From the NCBI GenBank assembly GCA_951812955.1, contig OX638340.1:1216001-1280000 (forward strand): 64,000 nucleotides of DNA, given 5' to 3'. This DNA is from an uncultured Gemmatimonadota bacterium. GTDB taxonomy: Bacteria > JAAXHH01. The notes below the pieces were generated by a model. The model did not search any database, had not been told where the DNA came from, and saw only the letters and a program-made list of their open reading frames with translations. The translations under genes and the position numbers were made by a program. Shown piece by piece: positions 1 through 8,948 of the stretch; the stretch's first letter is position 1; each line of letters begins with the position of its first letter.

Positions 1-84
1 TAGATCCCACCAGCCTGCGCTACAAGCTGATAAAACCGACTAACGCAGCGCAGCTACTTTCGCAACCGCAAATCCCGTACAATC

Positions 85-2088
85 ATGTCCCATCTCACCA
101 TAGGCACGGCAGGTCACGTCGACCACGGCAAGAGCGCCCTGGTCGAGGCACTCACAGGTGTTCATCCCGACAGCCTCAAAGAAGAGAAGGACCGGGGCAT
201 GACGATCGACCTTGGGTTCACCTTCTTGCAGATGAGCGATGGCCGGGAGGTTCCCATCGTGGACGTGCCGGGCCACGAGCGGTTCCTCAAGACCATGGTC
301 GCGGGCGTGAGCGGCATACATCTCGTGCTCTTCGTCGTGGCCGCCGACGAGGGCGTGATGCCACAGACGGTGGAACATCTCGGTACGGTTAAATACATGG
401 GGGTCGGCGAGGGCATCGTCGTCCTGACGAAATGCGACCTGGTCGACGAGGAATGGCTGATGCTCGTCGAAGAAGATGTGAACTCGCTCGTATCCGGCTC
501 GTTCCTGGAGAGCGCGCCTGTCGTCCGGGTGTCCTCGATCGAGGGCACGGGGATCGACAGGCTGAAGGAGACCGTCGAGGCGAAGTTGAACGGGATTGCG
601 GTCGACGACGACGCGGGCTACTTCCGATTGCCCGTCGACCGCGTATTCTCCATGAAGGGCTTCGGAACGGTCATAGCCGGCACCGTCCTTTCGGGCAGCC
701 TGGAAGCGGATGGGGACACCGAACTGCTCCCTGCCGGGACGCCGCTGAGGGTCCGGGGCATGCAGAGTCACAATGACTCGGTCGATCGTGCCGAGAAAGG
801 ACAACGGGTAGCGCTGAACGTCTCGAATATCAAAACGAGCGACATACAGCGTGGCGATGAACTCGGCACACCCGGATACCTGCTTCCGACATCAATGACC
901 GATGCACAGTTGCAGTGCCTGGAATCTCTTGAAGAACCCCTCAAGAATCGGCAGCGCGTACGTCTGCACAAGGGTACCAGCGAAACGATCGGCAGATTGA
1001 TCCTCCTCGACAGGGACGAACTGGCCCCCGGCGAAACGGGATTCGTGCAGCTTCGCTTGGAGAGACCCATCGTGGCGGAACGGAACGAACGCTTCATCAT
1101 CCGCGGGTTTTCTTCCATGCGGCTGCTCGGCGGCGGACGATTCTTGGAAGTGTATCCTCAAAAGAACCGCCGTTTCCGCCAGACCGTCCTGGACTACCTG
1201 GAAGCGGTGACCGACGCGGAGCCGGATGTCCTGGTAGAACGGGTCATGCGGCACGCCTACGGTGAACATCGGCTCAAATCCATGCAGGACCTCGTTCGAT
1301 CCACGAACTTGAGCGGCGACGTGTTGCAACGGTCCGTGACCCGTTTGGAAGAAGAAGGTGTACTCGTACGGTTCCAGGACCGGCGGTTTCTGCACAATCA
1401 CTGGTACGCCGCCTTGAAGGACGAACTGGTCGTTGCGCTCGACAAGATGCACCGTGACCAGCGACTAAAGGACACCTTGCCCAAGGACGCCCCGAAGCTA
1501 CAGCTATCCTGGGAAGCGCCCGATACCGTCTACGATACGCTGCTCAAGGATCTCGACGAGGAATCCAGGATCGTACTGTCCGGTCGGTCGATCCGCCTGT
1601 CCACGCACGACGTTACATTGACGAGTCAGGAGAAGCGCGTTCTCGAGGCGTTCGAGGAGTTGGCCGAGGCCGATCCACCGGCCGTATTTTCGATGAACGA
1701 AATCACCCAGGTTATGGAAGATCGATCAATCGTCCCAGGGGATTTACCGGTTGATCTGAAGTCAAGCCAAGATATGATTAGGAGTATGGCGGCCTACGCG
1801 CTAGAGCTTGGAATCTTCGTCGAGTTCGCGGAGCGCCAGATCATGCATCACCAGGGGCTAGATGGGGTCAGGGAAAGCCTGGTGAACTATCTGAAAAACC
1901 ATGGAACGGTCCGGGCTTCCGAGTTCCGCGGCCACCTGGGTATCTCCCGCGCGGACGCCACCGCGTTGTTGGACTACTTCTGCGACCTGGGCGTGACCAA
2001 CCGGGAATCGGGGACGCATCGGCTGGCTGGCGAGGACGGGGACGGTGGACAGGACGGGGACGGTGGCCAGGAGGAAGATCGCGGATAA
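85..2088 (+). CDS. selB: Selenocysteine-specific translation elongation factor SelB
   Basis: 667-aa ORF. The N-terminal GTPase has motifs GTAGHVDHGKS (G1), DVPGHERF and TKCDL (NKxD-like). The long C-terminal extension of ~300 aa is typical of the SelB winged-helix mRNA/SECIS-binding domains. It lies immediately upstream of tRNA-Sec. Confidence 0.9.
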   Translation: MSHLTIGTAGHVDHGKSALVEALTGVHPDSLKEEKDRGMTIDLGFTFLQMSDGREVPIVDVPGHERFLKTMVAGVSGIHLVLFVVAADEGVMPQTVEHLGTVKYMGVGEGIVVLTKCDLVDEEWLMLVEEDVNSLVSGSFLESAPVVRVSSIEGTGIDRLKETVEAKLNGIAVDDDAGYFRLPVDRVFSMKGFGTVIAGTVLSGSLEADGDTELLPAGTPLRVRGMQSHNDSVDRAEKGQRVALNVSNIKTSDIQRGDELGTPGYLLPTSMTDAQLQCLESLEEPLKNRQRVRLHKGTSETIGRLILLDRDELAPGETGFVQLRLERPIVAERNERFIIRGFSSMRLLGGGRFLEVYPQKNRRFRQTVLDYLEAVTDAEPDVLVERVMRHAYGEHRLKSMQDLVRSTNLSGDVLQRSVTRLEEEGVLVRFQDRRFLHNHWYAALKDELVVALDKMHRDQRLKDTLPKDAPKLQLSWEAPDTVYDTLLKDLDEESRIVLSGRSIRLSTHDVTLTSQEKRVLEAFEELAEADPPAVFSMNEITQVMEDRSIVPGDLPVDLKSSQDMIRSMAAYALELGIFVEFAERQIMHHQGLDGVRESLVNYLKNHGTVRASEFRGHLGISRADATALLDYFCDLGVTNRESGTHRLAGEDGDGGQDGDGGQEEDRG

Positions 2089-2160
2089 GAAGTGGGCGAT
2101 TGGGAGAGGTTACCCATTTGGCTATTCCGACATATCTGCAAGCTGAAGTACAATCATTCA

Positions 2161-2259
2161 GGGGAGTGTATGGGTTGCTGGTGCGCCTCACGGACTTCAA
2201 ATCCGATGGCGGGCCCTAAACAGGTCCGTGGTGGGTTCGATTCCCACACGCTCCCCCCA
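2161..2259 (+). tRNA. selC: tRNA-Sec (anticodon UCA), selC
   Basis: 99 nt, beginning GGGGAGTG and ending CACGCTCCCC(C)CA. It has an 8-bp acceptor stem with one G-U pair and a long variable arm. The anticodon stem-loop GGACTTCAAATCC is identical to E. coli selC, with anticodon TCA reading UGA. It sits 72 bp downstream of selB. Confidence 0.9.
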
Positions 2260-2477
2260 GTGTATTTCCCATACCAATTAGTACGTAATCTAACTTCATA
2301 ATATCATCGTTCCTGATTTTATAAAGGAGAACTGCAGGCATATAATACACCGAGTGTGGTTATACCTCTGTCGTGGGGGTCGTGCAATATCCGGTCGCCA
2401 AACCCAACAGATTTCCGGCTATTCAATTTACAAACTGCAGTTTATTTGCCGTGGACTTATCTGATTAAGGAATTACG

Positions 2478-2990
2478 TCAATGGGGATGATTCTCAGGAC
2501 GTATCTTTAACCATTCGATTTTCTTTAATACACCAATTACCGCTTCTGTGTAGATTTCCTTCGTCGGCCAACTCTGTTTTTTGTTAATATATGCTTCTAT
2601 AAATGGTCGGTTAGTTTTAAGAAAGTGGTAAATAGACTCTTTCATATCAAAGCTTAATTCGGACGAATGATGAGATAAAGCGATATCAAGTTGCAACAAC
2701 ATGTGTTGGTAACTTCTATATCGCGCTTCATCCAGTTCACTACCACTTATTGGTCTGCGTTTACCGATTTCCCCGACTTCCGTAGACCTTATGGTAAATG
2801 ATTCCGGATTCAATATCTTAGAAATTTGGGTTACTATGATACCCCGAATTTGTTTTGCCTGTTGAGAGCGTCTATATCGACGGGAAAAAAATGTTTTTGT
2901 TGCCAAAACTGCTGCGACAATTATACCTATCAATATCCCATTCTGTATTTCTGTTAAACTGTTGTAATTCATAGATATACAATCTCCCAC
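2478..2990 (-). CDS. Hypothetical protein with N-terminal transmembrane helix, encoded in the AT-rich islet
   Basis: 170-aa ORF (GTG at 2990, or ATG at 2972 giving MNYNSL...). It has the hydrophobic segment GILIGIIVAAVLA, low-GC codon usage unlike the host genes, and no recognisable family. Confidence 0.4.
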   Translation of the reverse strand: MGDCISMNYNSLTEIQNGILIGIIVAAVLATKTFFSRRYRRSQQAKQIRGIIVTQISKILNPESFTIRSTEVGEIGKRRPISGSELDEARYRSYQHMLLQLDIALSHHSSELSFDMKESIYHFLKTNRPFIEAYINKKQSWPTKEIYTEAVIGVLKKIEWLKIRPENHPH

Positions 2991-3074
2991 ACTGGTAATT
3001 CGGCCTTTACTCTCTCGATTAGTTCACGGACCTGGGACTGAAAGTAGCTTATATTAAAAGTTACAATCAGGTTT

Positions 3075-3097
3075 TTCGATTCCCACACGCTCCCCCA
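3075..3097. repeat. attR-like direct repeat of the tRNA-Sec 3' end
   Basis: TTCGATTCCCACACGCTCCCCCA matches 2238-2259 of tRNA-Sec, with one C fewer in the C-run. Confidence 0.7.
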
Positions 3098-3115
3098 ACC
3101 AAAAAGGAATAACCC

Positions 3116-3724
3116 TTGACCCGAAAGGCCGGTCAACCCGCGACAAAACCTGTCGAACCTGATACACAGCCCGGCATGCCCATGGAAATCCTGGGCATGT
3201 ACCTCTTCATCGCCAGCGAACTGATCATCTTCATCACGCTGCTCTTCATCCTGTTCTGGCTGAGGTCGGGTCTCGTAGCGGAATGGCCTCCACCGGACCA
3301 GCCCCGGCTACCCATCGGGATCACGGGTATAAACACCCTGTTTCTACTGGTAAGCGGCTACACCATGCACCGGGCATACCAGGCCGTGAAGCGGAATGCC
3401 TCCCGCCAGCTGACCCGGTGGCTGATGATAACGTGCGTACTGGGCGTGGTCTTCCTCACGGTCCAGGGCTTCGAATGGATCCGGCTGATTCGCTTCGGGC
3501 TGAGTATGACCTCGAGTCTGTACGGCGCCATGTTCTATTCGATCATCGGACTCCACGCGGTCCACGTACTCGCCACCGTGCTCGTCCTGCTCTACCTCTG
3601 GGTTCGGTCCTCCACCGGCGTCTATACCGCTGATAAACACATGGGCGTCGTACTGGGCTACATGTTCTGGCTCTTCGTCGTCCTCATCTGGCCCATCCTC
3701 TACATCCTGGTCTACCTGGTATAA
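3116..3724 (+). CDS. Cytochrome c oxidase subunit III-like (heme-copper oxidase subunit III family) membrane protein
   Basis: 202 aa with about five hydrophobic helices. Sequence resembles small CoxIII/CyoC-type subunits (FEWIRL, GLHAVHVLATVLVL). It is GC-rich like the host. Starts at TTG 3116, with an alternative ATG at 3176. Confidence 0.5.
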   Translation: MTRKAGQPATKPVEPDTQPGMPMEILGMYLFIASELIIFITLLFILFWLRSGLVAEWPPPDQPRLPIGITGINTLFLLVSGYTMHRAYQAVKRNASRQLTRWLMITCVLGVVFLTVQGFEWIRLIRFGLSMTSSLYGAMFYSIIGLHAVHVLATVLVLLYLWVRSSTGVYTADKHMGVVLGYMFWLFVVLIWPILYILVYLV

Positions 3725-3882
3725 ACCGACTAACCTGAACACAACGATGGATAGAAACCAAAAAGCTGTGCTATCTATACAACGTGCAAAACCCCCTCAG
3801 AGTATAGGTTTGTTTTCTACACTACACAAATTGGGACAGGTCTGCATTGCGGGGTTAATATGATCACATCCATGCAGAAAAC

Positions 3883-4566
3883 TCAATATGCCAGAACTCC
3901 AGTTTTATCGACAATCCAGTCGATCATGCAGCGGAAGCATGGACACTGTTCGCCACCTCTCTCGTCAAACAAAACTTCTGATAAGTCTGCTTTGTTTAGA
4001 ATGGTGTGGCAGTCCGATATTTCTCGGTAGGATCGTTTAAGTTTGGTACGAAACAACTGCTCAACAATCCTTTTGGGGGGATTGTCTTGGTTTTGTTCTT
4101 CGGGAGGTAGTCGCCAACCCTGAGGTTTGGTGCTCATCTTGAGTTGCGACTGCAGGTGATTCGGTGTTGCGAGAAGCAACATTTCCAAGTCGTGTTTCAA
4201 TGCACTAGGGTAAAATCGAGATAAACAACTTTGAACCTCATTCGGTCTAGCCCGTGCAGGCAATTCCCTCTTCACCAACATTCTCTGTAAGTCTTTAAGT
4301 TCTCGAAGGTTTCTGTGCCTAAACTCTGTATTCTCATAATAACGATTGGGGTAAAGATCGGGTAACCCTACGACAAGATCATTCTCATCATTCAACAGCT
4401 TTTCGGCTCCTCTAGGTCCAATTTTACGGAAAAACTTTGATTTGTTTTCGAGTGAAATCGTCTGTATACCCCATCCATTTACTCTAAGTATTGATATCCA
4501 GTCTCCCCACAGCGCAGATAGCGCTTTACAGTCCGACTTACCTTCCAAGTAGACCCACACCTTCAC
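3883..4566 (-). CDS. Small partner protein of the ATPase (possible Toprim-like/DUF4276-like effector), hypothetical
   Basis: 227 aa. Its GTG start overlaps the TGA of the upstream reading frame (GTGA). The N-terminus VWVYLEGKSDCKAL is an acidic E-G-x-S-D motif reminiscent of the Toprim-like small partners of OLD/AAA_21 ATPases. It has two C-terminal Cys pairs (CPCFRC). Composition is low-GC. Confidence 0.5.
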   Translation of the reverse strand: MKVWVYLEGKSDCKALSALWGDWISILRVNGWGIQTISLENKSKFFRKIGPRGAEKLLNDENDLVVGLPDLYPNRYYENTEFRHRNLRELKDLQRMLVKRELPARARPNEVQSCLSRFYPSALKHDLEMLLLATPNHLQSQLKMSTKPQGWRLPPEEQNQDNPPKRIVEQLFRTKLKRSYREISDCHTILNKADLSEVLFDERGGEQCPCFRCMIDWIVDKTGVLAY

Positions 4567-4717
4567 GCACCTGCCTCCAGTTCGCCAGATCTATGAAGGT
4601 CGCCTAAGGTTTCGCCGGAGACGTCTTCAAGCATTTGCATCAGTGCGCTGCGACTCGAGGGGCGATACCACCTGACTTTCGAGTCGTCCAACGTGCGAGT
4701 CATAACGGCTACATCAT

Positions 4718-5863
4718 CTATACCAATATACCAAAGCAGTCGAGCAGGTCTGGGCTATGGGTTGTCACGAGCACCTGTGCACGCTCTGCAGCAGACTTGA
4801 TCATTTCCGCCACTATCGGCAACAGGCCGGGATGAAGTCCCAACTCCGGTTCGTCTATAGCTATCAGTGGAGGAGGAACTGGATTCAATAGCGCAGTCGC
4901 CAGACACAGGAACCGCAACATACCGTCAGAGAGTTCCCACAGGTACATGGAACGGGAGATTCCTTTTTCTCGTATCCCGACCAGAGCTTGCGGAGGAGTT
5001 CCGTAGGTAGTTTCGCAATGGATATCCTCGAATGTGGGATACGACACGCGCAGGTATTCGTGTAAGTCCTCTGCAGTCGAACGATAGTCGTATCGTGTCA
5101 GAATTTCGTGTAGCACTGTACCCAAATTGTCACCCACTGACGTCAACATCGTATCCCGTTTTATATCCGCTGGTTTTGATCTAAGCGCAGAAGACCAGGT
5201 GACGTCAAAGCCCGGGTAAAATGCCATACCTGCCAACAAAAACCTAGCGACAGCGGGAATTGGAAACTCATTAAAGAACCTTATCTGGGAAAGTAATAGA
5301 GCCATTTCTTGTTGTGCGGCTATTCCGCGTTCCTGATTCTTTTCTGCCGAACTGGATTCCTGCACCGCAGAAGGTTCGGGCTGCGCAACATCAAAAGGAA
5401 TCAAACGGTGTTTTTCTCTGTCAAATACTTGCCTTCTATACTGTGTTGCCTCCAGAAACTTTAGTGATTCATCATGGCCTGTATACGGATTCAGATTCCT
5501 GAGAACTTCATACTCAGGTTGCATCTGTCCATCCACATTCACTTTCAAAACAACTTCGTACTTTAGTGGGTTATCATTCTGTAGTGGTAGATCATTCCAT
5601 CGAGGAGTCCTTGGTCTACAAAAATCAATCTTCCAACTCAATCGATCAGTGCTGTTGCCCGCCGTAAGCATAGATTGAGCGCCTCGATGCCAACTAAGAG
5701 CAGTTTCTATCGGAAAGTCACAACATTCTCTTATTAACCTTAGGCAATCGATCAGCGAACTCTTGCCGCTAGCATTCGCACCGATTACCACCGTCAAAGG
5801 CTTAAGGTCAGCCTTAAAATCGCTGAGGAGCCGGTAGCCACTTACCTCGATATTCATGATCAT
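4718..5863 (-). CDS. ABC-type ATPase of the AAA_21/OLD-like family (possible 3' frameshift; see findings)
   Basis: 381 aa. It has Walker A VVIGANASGKSS, Walker B/D-loop LIAIDEPELGLHP and the H-loop TTHSPDLL typical of AAA_21/OLD N-terminal ATPases. Low-GC island gene. Confidence 0.8.
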   Translation of the reverse strand: MIMNIEVSGYRLLSDFKADLKPLTVVIGANASGKSSLIDCLRLIRECCDFPIETALSWHRGAQSMLTAGNSTDRLSWKIDFCRPRTPRWNDLPLQNDNPLKYEVVLKVNVDGQMQPEYEVLRNLNPYTGHDESLKFLEATQYRRQVFDREKHRLIPFDVAQPEPSAVQESSSAEKNQERGIAAQQEMALLLSQIRFFNEFPIPAVARFLLAGMAFYPGFDVTWSSALRSKPADIKRDTMLTSVGDNLGTVLHEILTRYDYRSTAEDLHEYLRVSYPTFEDIHCETTYGTPPQALVGIREKGISRSMYLWELSDGMLRFLCLATALLNPVPPPLIAIDEPELGLHPGLLPIVAEMIKSAAERAQVLVTTHSPDLLDCFGILV

Positions 5864-6182
5864 GATCTACCACCTTAAGCTTACTCTCGAAGGTCCATAG
5901 ATCTTCTACTGAGTTAGAATACGATGCACTCCGCCAGAAGGTATCAAAATCTAGATTCAAATATACATAGTCATTCTTTCAATTACAATCTCGTTGACAG
6001 TGTTGAATCTTGGTACGTCAGAAAGGTCATGAAGACACATGAGAAGATGACTCGGTTGAACCTACAAGTTTACCATTTATTTATTGTTGTAGTTCAGGCT
6101 AATTTCAATCTGTGTTATGGGCATAAAGGAAGATCCAAAAACAGTGGAAGATGAACAAAGCTCACTGAGACATGAAGGTTCT

Positions 6183-7013
6183 TCACCTGAAATCCGCGAT
6201 GGATGAAAGATATTCGTAGCTCTGGCGGGCGGCGTCTTCGGGTTCCATGAGCTCGGCAAAGGCCTGGTGCACGGTGACGTAACCGTCGTATTCCAACTCC
6301 TCAAGCGTCCGCATGATGACGGGGAAATCGATCCCGCCCGTTTCCTGGAGTGGAACCGGATCGTGGGGCGCGGGTCCTCGTACCCAGGTGTTCAGGGTCA
6401 TGGATCCATCGGGATTCAGGCGGTGGTTCTGCAGGTAGACGTTGAAGAGCCAGGGCTCGAAACGCTTTATGGTTTCCGGACCGTAATCCTGGCCGCACAG
6501 ATCCAGGTTCGCCGGTTCGTAGATGATGCCGAAATTCTCGCGACCGACCTGTTTCAGCACCGAAACCGACTCCTCCACGGTTTCAAACAGGCTGCGGGTA
6601 TGAGACTGGTGGGCCAGCCGGATGTCCCGTTCGGCCGCCTCGTCCGAAGCCCACCGCACCCAGGCGATATCTTCTTCCGTCTTCATGCCGATCCGGATCA
6701 GGTCGGCGTCCAGCAATTCTGCCAGGTCCAGGTAGGGCGTGATGTTCCGCAAGGCGTCCGGGGCGTGTTCGTCATTTGCGGGAATGGGGATGTCTCCCGT
6801 AACCATTGAAACGGGGAGATCCCGATCATCGAGGATCTTCCGTACGGCTGTGATCTGTTCCAGCGGCGACTTGATGCCGGCCTGGGAAGCCCGCATGCAC
6901 ATGGCGGAGTATCCGATCTCCAGCGCCAGGTCGGCCAGGTGTTCCATGGATCGGTTGGCTTCTTCCTTGTTCAGAACGGATTCGGCGACGCGTACGGACA
7001 ACGAGAGCTCCAT
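6183..7013 (-). CDS. Sugar phosphate isomerase/epimerase (xylose-isomerase-like TIM barrel) family protein
   Basis: 276 aa. Overall similarity to the AP-endonuclease-2/xylose-isomerase-like TIM barrel family. Confidence 0.55.
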   Translation of the reverse strand: MELSLSVRVAESVLNKEEANRSMEHLADLALEIGYSAMCMRASQAGIKSPLEQITAVRKILDDRDLPVSMVTGDIPIPANDEHAPDALRNITPYLDLAELLDADLIRIGMKTEEDIAWVRWASDEAAERDIRLAHQSHTRSLFETVEESVSVLKQVGRENFGIIYEPANLDLCGQDYGPETIKRFEPWLFNVYLQNHRLNPDGSMTLNTWVRGPAPHDPVPLQETGGIDFPVIMRTLEELEYDGYVTVHQAFAELMEPEDAARQSYEYLSSIADFR

Positions 7014-7093
7014 AGACTCAAACCTCTACTTTTTCAGGGTAACATGGCTATAAGGTAACATGGCAATAAGGATGACGAGGCAACACCAACGGC

Positions 7094-7720
7094 CTAACGC
7101 AACTGTACTTCTGATCCACCCGGCAACTGGTGACCGACACAGGCAAGAACCTGGGCGGCAAAGCGATACGTGAGGCCCCAGAGCACGGGCCCTTCACCGT
7201 CCAGGAGATCGATGGCGCATACTTCCCGTTCTCCCCATTCGCCCACGACTGGGGTAGTCACGTACCGGTTCTGATCCATTAGACCAGCAAGCGGGAACCA
7301 GAATGCGTCCTGGACCTCGTGGTTAAGTGATAACTCGAACCCATGCGTAAGACAAAACACGAAAGCGGCGACGTGCACCTTGCTGAGATGTGTAGCCTGG
7401 TCGTCGAGCCGGCAGACGTAGTCCGCCCCGGTAAGGTCGAGACCGGTTTCCTCCCGCGTTTCACGTATGGCGGTTTGCCGGGGATCGACATCGGTAGCGT
7501 CGATCTTCCCGCCGGGAAAACCGATATGGCCGGACCATGGATCGCCGTCGCGCCGCGCACGCACCAGGAAGAGCAATTCCATTCCCCCAACCGCCTCGCG
7601 CAGAAGGACGGCAACGGACGCCGTGAGCGCGCCGGCGGCGGGGTCCAGCAACCTGGCGCGCCTGACGCGCAGCTTTTCAATCAGTGCTCTTTCTTGAATC
7701 ATCGCACCGCTGCTCTCCAT
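7094..7720 (-). CDS. NUDIX hydrolase (CoA pyrophosphatase-like)
   Basis: Nudix box GGKIDATDVDPRQTAIRETREETGL. The start is trimmed to ATG 7720 (MESSGAM...) because the longer ORF overlaps the upstream PhyH gene. Confidence 0.75.
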   Translation of the reverse strand: MESSGAMIQERALIEKLRVRRARLLDPAAGALTASVAVLLREAVGGMELLFLVRARRDGDPWSGHIGFPGGKIDATDVDPRQTAIRETREETGLDLTGADYVCRLDDQATHLSKVHVAAFVFCLTHGFELSLNHEVQDAFWFPLAGLMDQNRYVTTPVVGEWGEREVCAIDLLDGEGPVLWGLTYRFAAQVLACVGHQLPGGSEVQLR

Positions 7721-7772
7721 AGGCAGAACATTTCCACTCGCGACCTGTTTTTCGTGTGCGGCTCCCGACGAT

Positions 7773-8630
7773 TCATGACCGTGCGAACACGACCTGGTTT
7801 CGGGGATGGTCGGCGCGCTGGCCCGGACGCCTGTTGCCCAGGTTGGCATCGATGACCGGCCGGTTTTCCTCGCTGCACGCCGAATCGTCGATACAGAGGC
7901 CGTCCTCATAGAACGTGATCCCAATTGCTTCGCGGATGCGGCACGACGTGTTGGCCCGGGCGCCGTGCACGACCCAGTGGCTGTGCAGGGTGGCGTCGCC
8001 AGCGGGAATCTCCTCTTCCACCACGGGGTTCCGCCTAGTGCGGATGTGGCCTTCGAAGTAGGATTCCGATTTGCGGTGGATCCCCCTGGGGCCCAAGACT
8101 CTTGACCTGTGGGTACCGCTGGCGAATCGCGGCGGCCCCATGTCGATAGCGGTGTCCACGAGGGGTATCCACATGGTGAGCACGTTGTCCGAATGAAGGG
8201 GCCAATGCGGACCGTCCTGGTGCCATGGCGTGAGCCAGCTACCGGGTTCCTTGAACATCGCCTTGTCGTAGTAGATGCGCACCGCGTCCACGCCCATCAG
8301 GTCGGCCGCGATCTTCCCGAAACGGGGCGACTGGATGAACCGCGCCGCACGCTCGTCGGCTTCCCTCAGGTTGAAGGTCTGCATGAATACGCGGGAGAAA
8401 TCATCCTCCGGCCGGTCGCTCATCTTTTTCGCCCCGGCAAACCGATTGGCCGTGACCGACTTCAACACTTCGCGGTACACGTCGATCTCTTCCCTTGAAC
8501 AAACGCCACCCAGATGGACGTGGCCGTTCTCGCGGTATTGGCGTACGTGGTCTGCGGTCAGGGAGTATTCCGACGAAAGATCCGGTCTGAGGGTCGGTTC
8601 GCACGTCGTCATGGATAGAAATCCTTCCAC
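7773..8630 (-). CDS. Phytanoyl-CoA dioxygenase (PhyH) family Fe(II)/2-oxoglutarate oxygenase
   Basis: 285 aa. N-terminal LTADHVRQYRENGHVHL and WHQDGPHWP (the iron-binding HxD context) are typical of PhyH. Confidence 0.65.
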   Translation of the reverse strand: MEGFLSMTTCEPTLRPDLSSEYSLTADHVRQYRENGHVHLGGVCSREEIDVYREVLKSVTANRFAGAKKMSDRPEDDFSRVFMQTFNLREADERAARFIQSPRFGKIAADLMGVDAVRIYYDKAMFKEPGSWLTPWHQDGPHWPLHSDNVLTMWIPLVDTAIDMGPPRFASGTHRSRVLGPRGIHRKSESYFEGHIRTRRNPVVEEEIPAGDATLHSHWVVHGARANTSCRIREAIGITFYEDGLCIDDSACSEENRPVIDANLGNRRPGQRADHPRNQVVFARS

Positions 8631-8823
8631 CCGGCGGATAAAGTCGCCGGTTAGTCTGGGACTGGATCGCAGGTAACGGCAACTAACCTTTTCGCCCTGG
8701 GAAGGTCAAGGAGTTTGCCCCGCTGACGGGAGACCGGCGAACTGAACATTGCAGGGCTCTCCGGAAACGGTTTTACAGGCATCCGCACTTGAAAGTTGAC
8801 AGACCGAATCCGTCCACCAGCCC

Positions 8824-8852
8824 CCCACACTTGACAGGTCGCATCGGTTCGT
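8824..8852 (+). promoter_or_regulatory. Candidate sigma70-type promoter upstream of accA
   Basis: TTGACA (8824-8829), a 17-nt spacer, then TTTATT (8847-8852). A second TTGACA lies about 30 bp upstream. Confidence 0.3.
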
Positions 8853-8948
8853 CTTTATTTGAGGAAACGCGGCGAGACGATCTTGCAGCACACGAGTCCG
8901 CCGCGATTGCAGTTTATGAAACCCGGACGGCAAAGCCCGGAGCATACC

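Larger units (their letters stand above)
2260..3097. mobile_element. Small AT-rich islet inserted at the tRNA-Sec 3' end, bounded by a direct repeat of the tRNA 3' terminus (remnant integrative element; no integrase present)
   Basis: Base composition drops sharply to AT-rich between 2280 and 3060 against GC-rich flanks. The 22-23 nt TTCGATTCCCACACGCTCCCCC(A) of the tRNA 3' end (2238-2259) is repeated at 3075-3097. This is the classical attL/attR signature of tRNA-targeted integration. Confidence 0.55.
3740..6180. mobile_element. AT-rich genomic island carrying a two-gene ATPase + partner module (putative defense island); boundaries approximate
   Basis: A marked compositional shift to AT-rich sits between the GC-rich genes ending at 3724 and 6183. 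It contains only the two minus-strand genes below. No integrase and no flanking repeat were found. Confidence 0.5.

Noticed and set aside
40-804. 254-aa minus-strand ORF overlapping selB
   Set aside because: It is antisense to the well-supported selB GTPase domain and shows high-GC third-position mirror bias with no recognisable domain.
4635-4835. 66-aa plus-strand ORF in the gap between the two island genes
   Set aside because: It is antisense to the frameshifted 3' tail and C-terminus of the ATPase gene, so it is unlikely to be coding.
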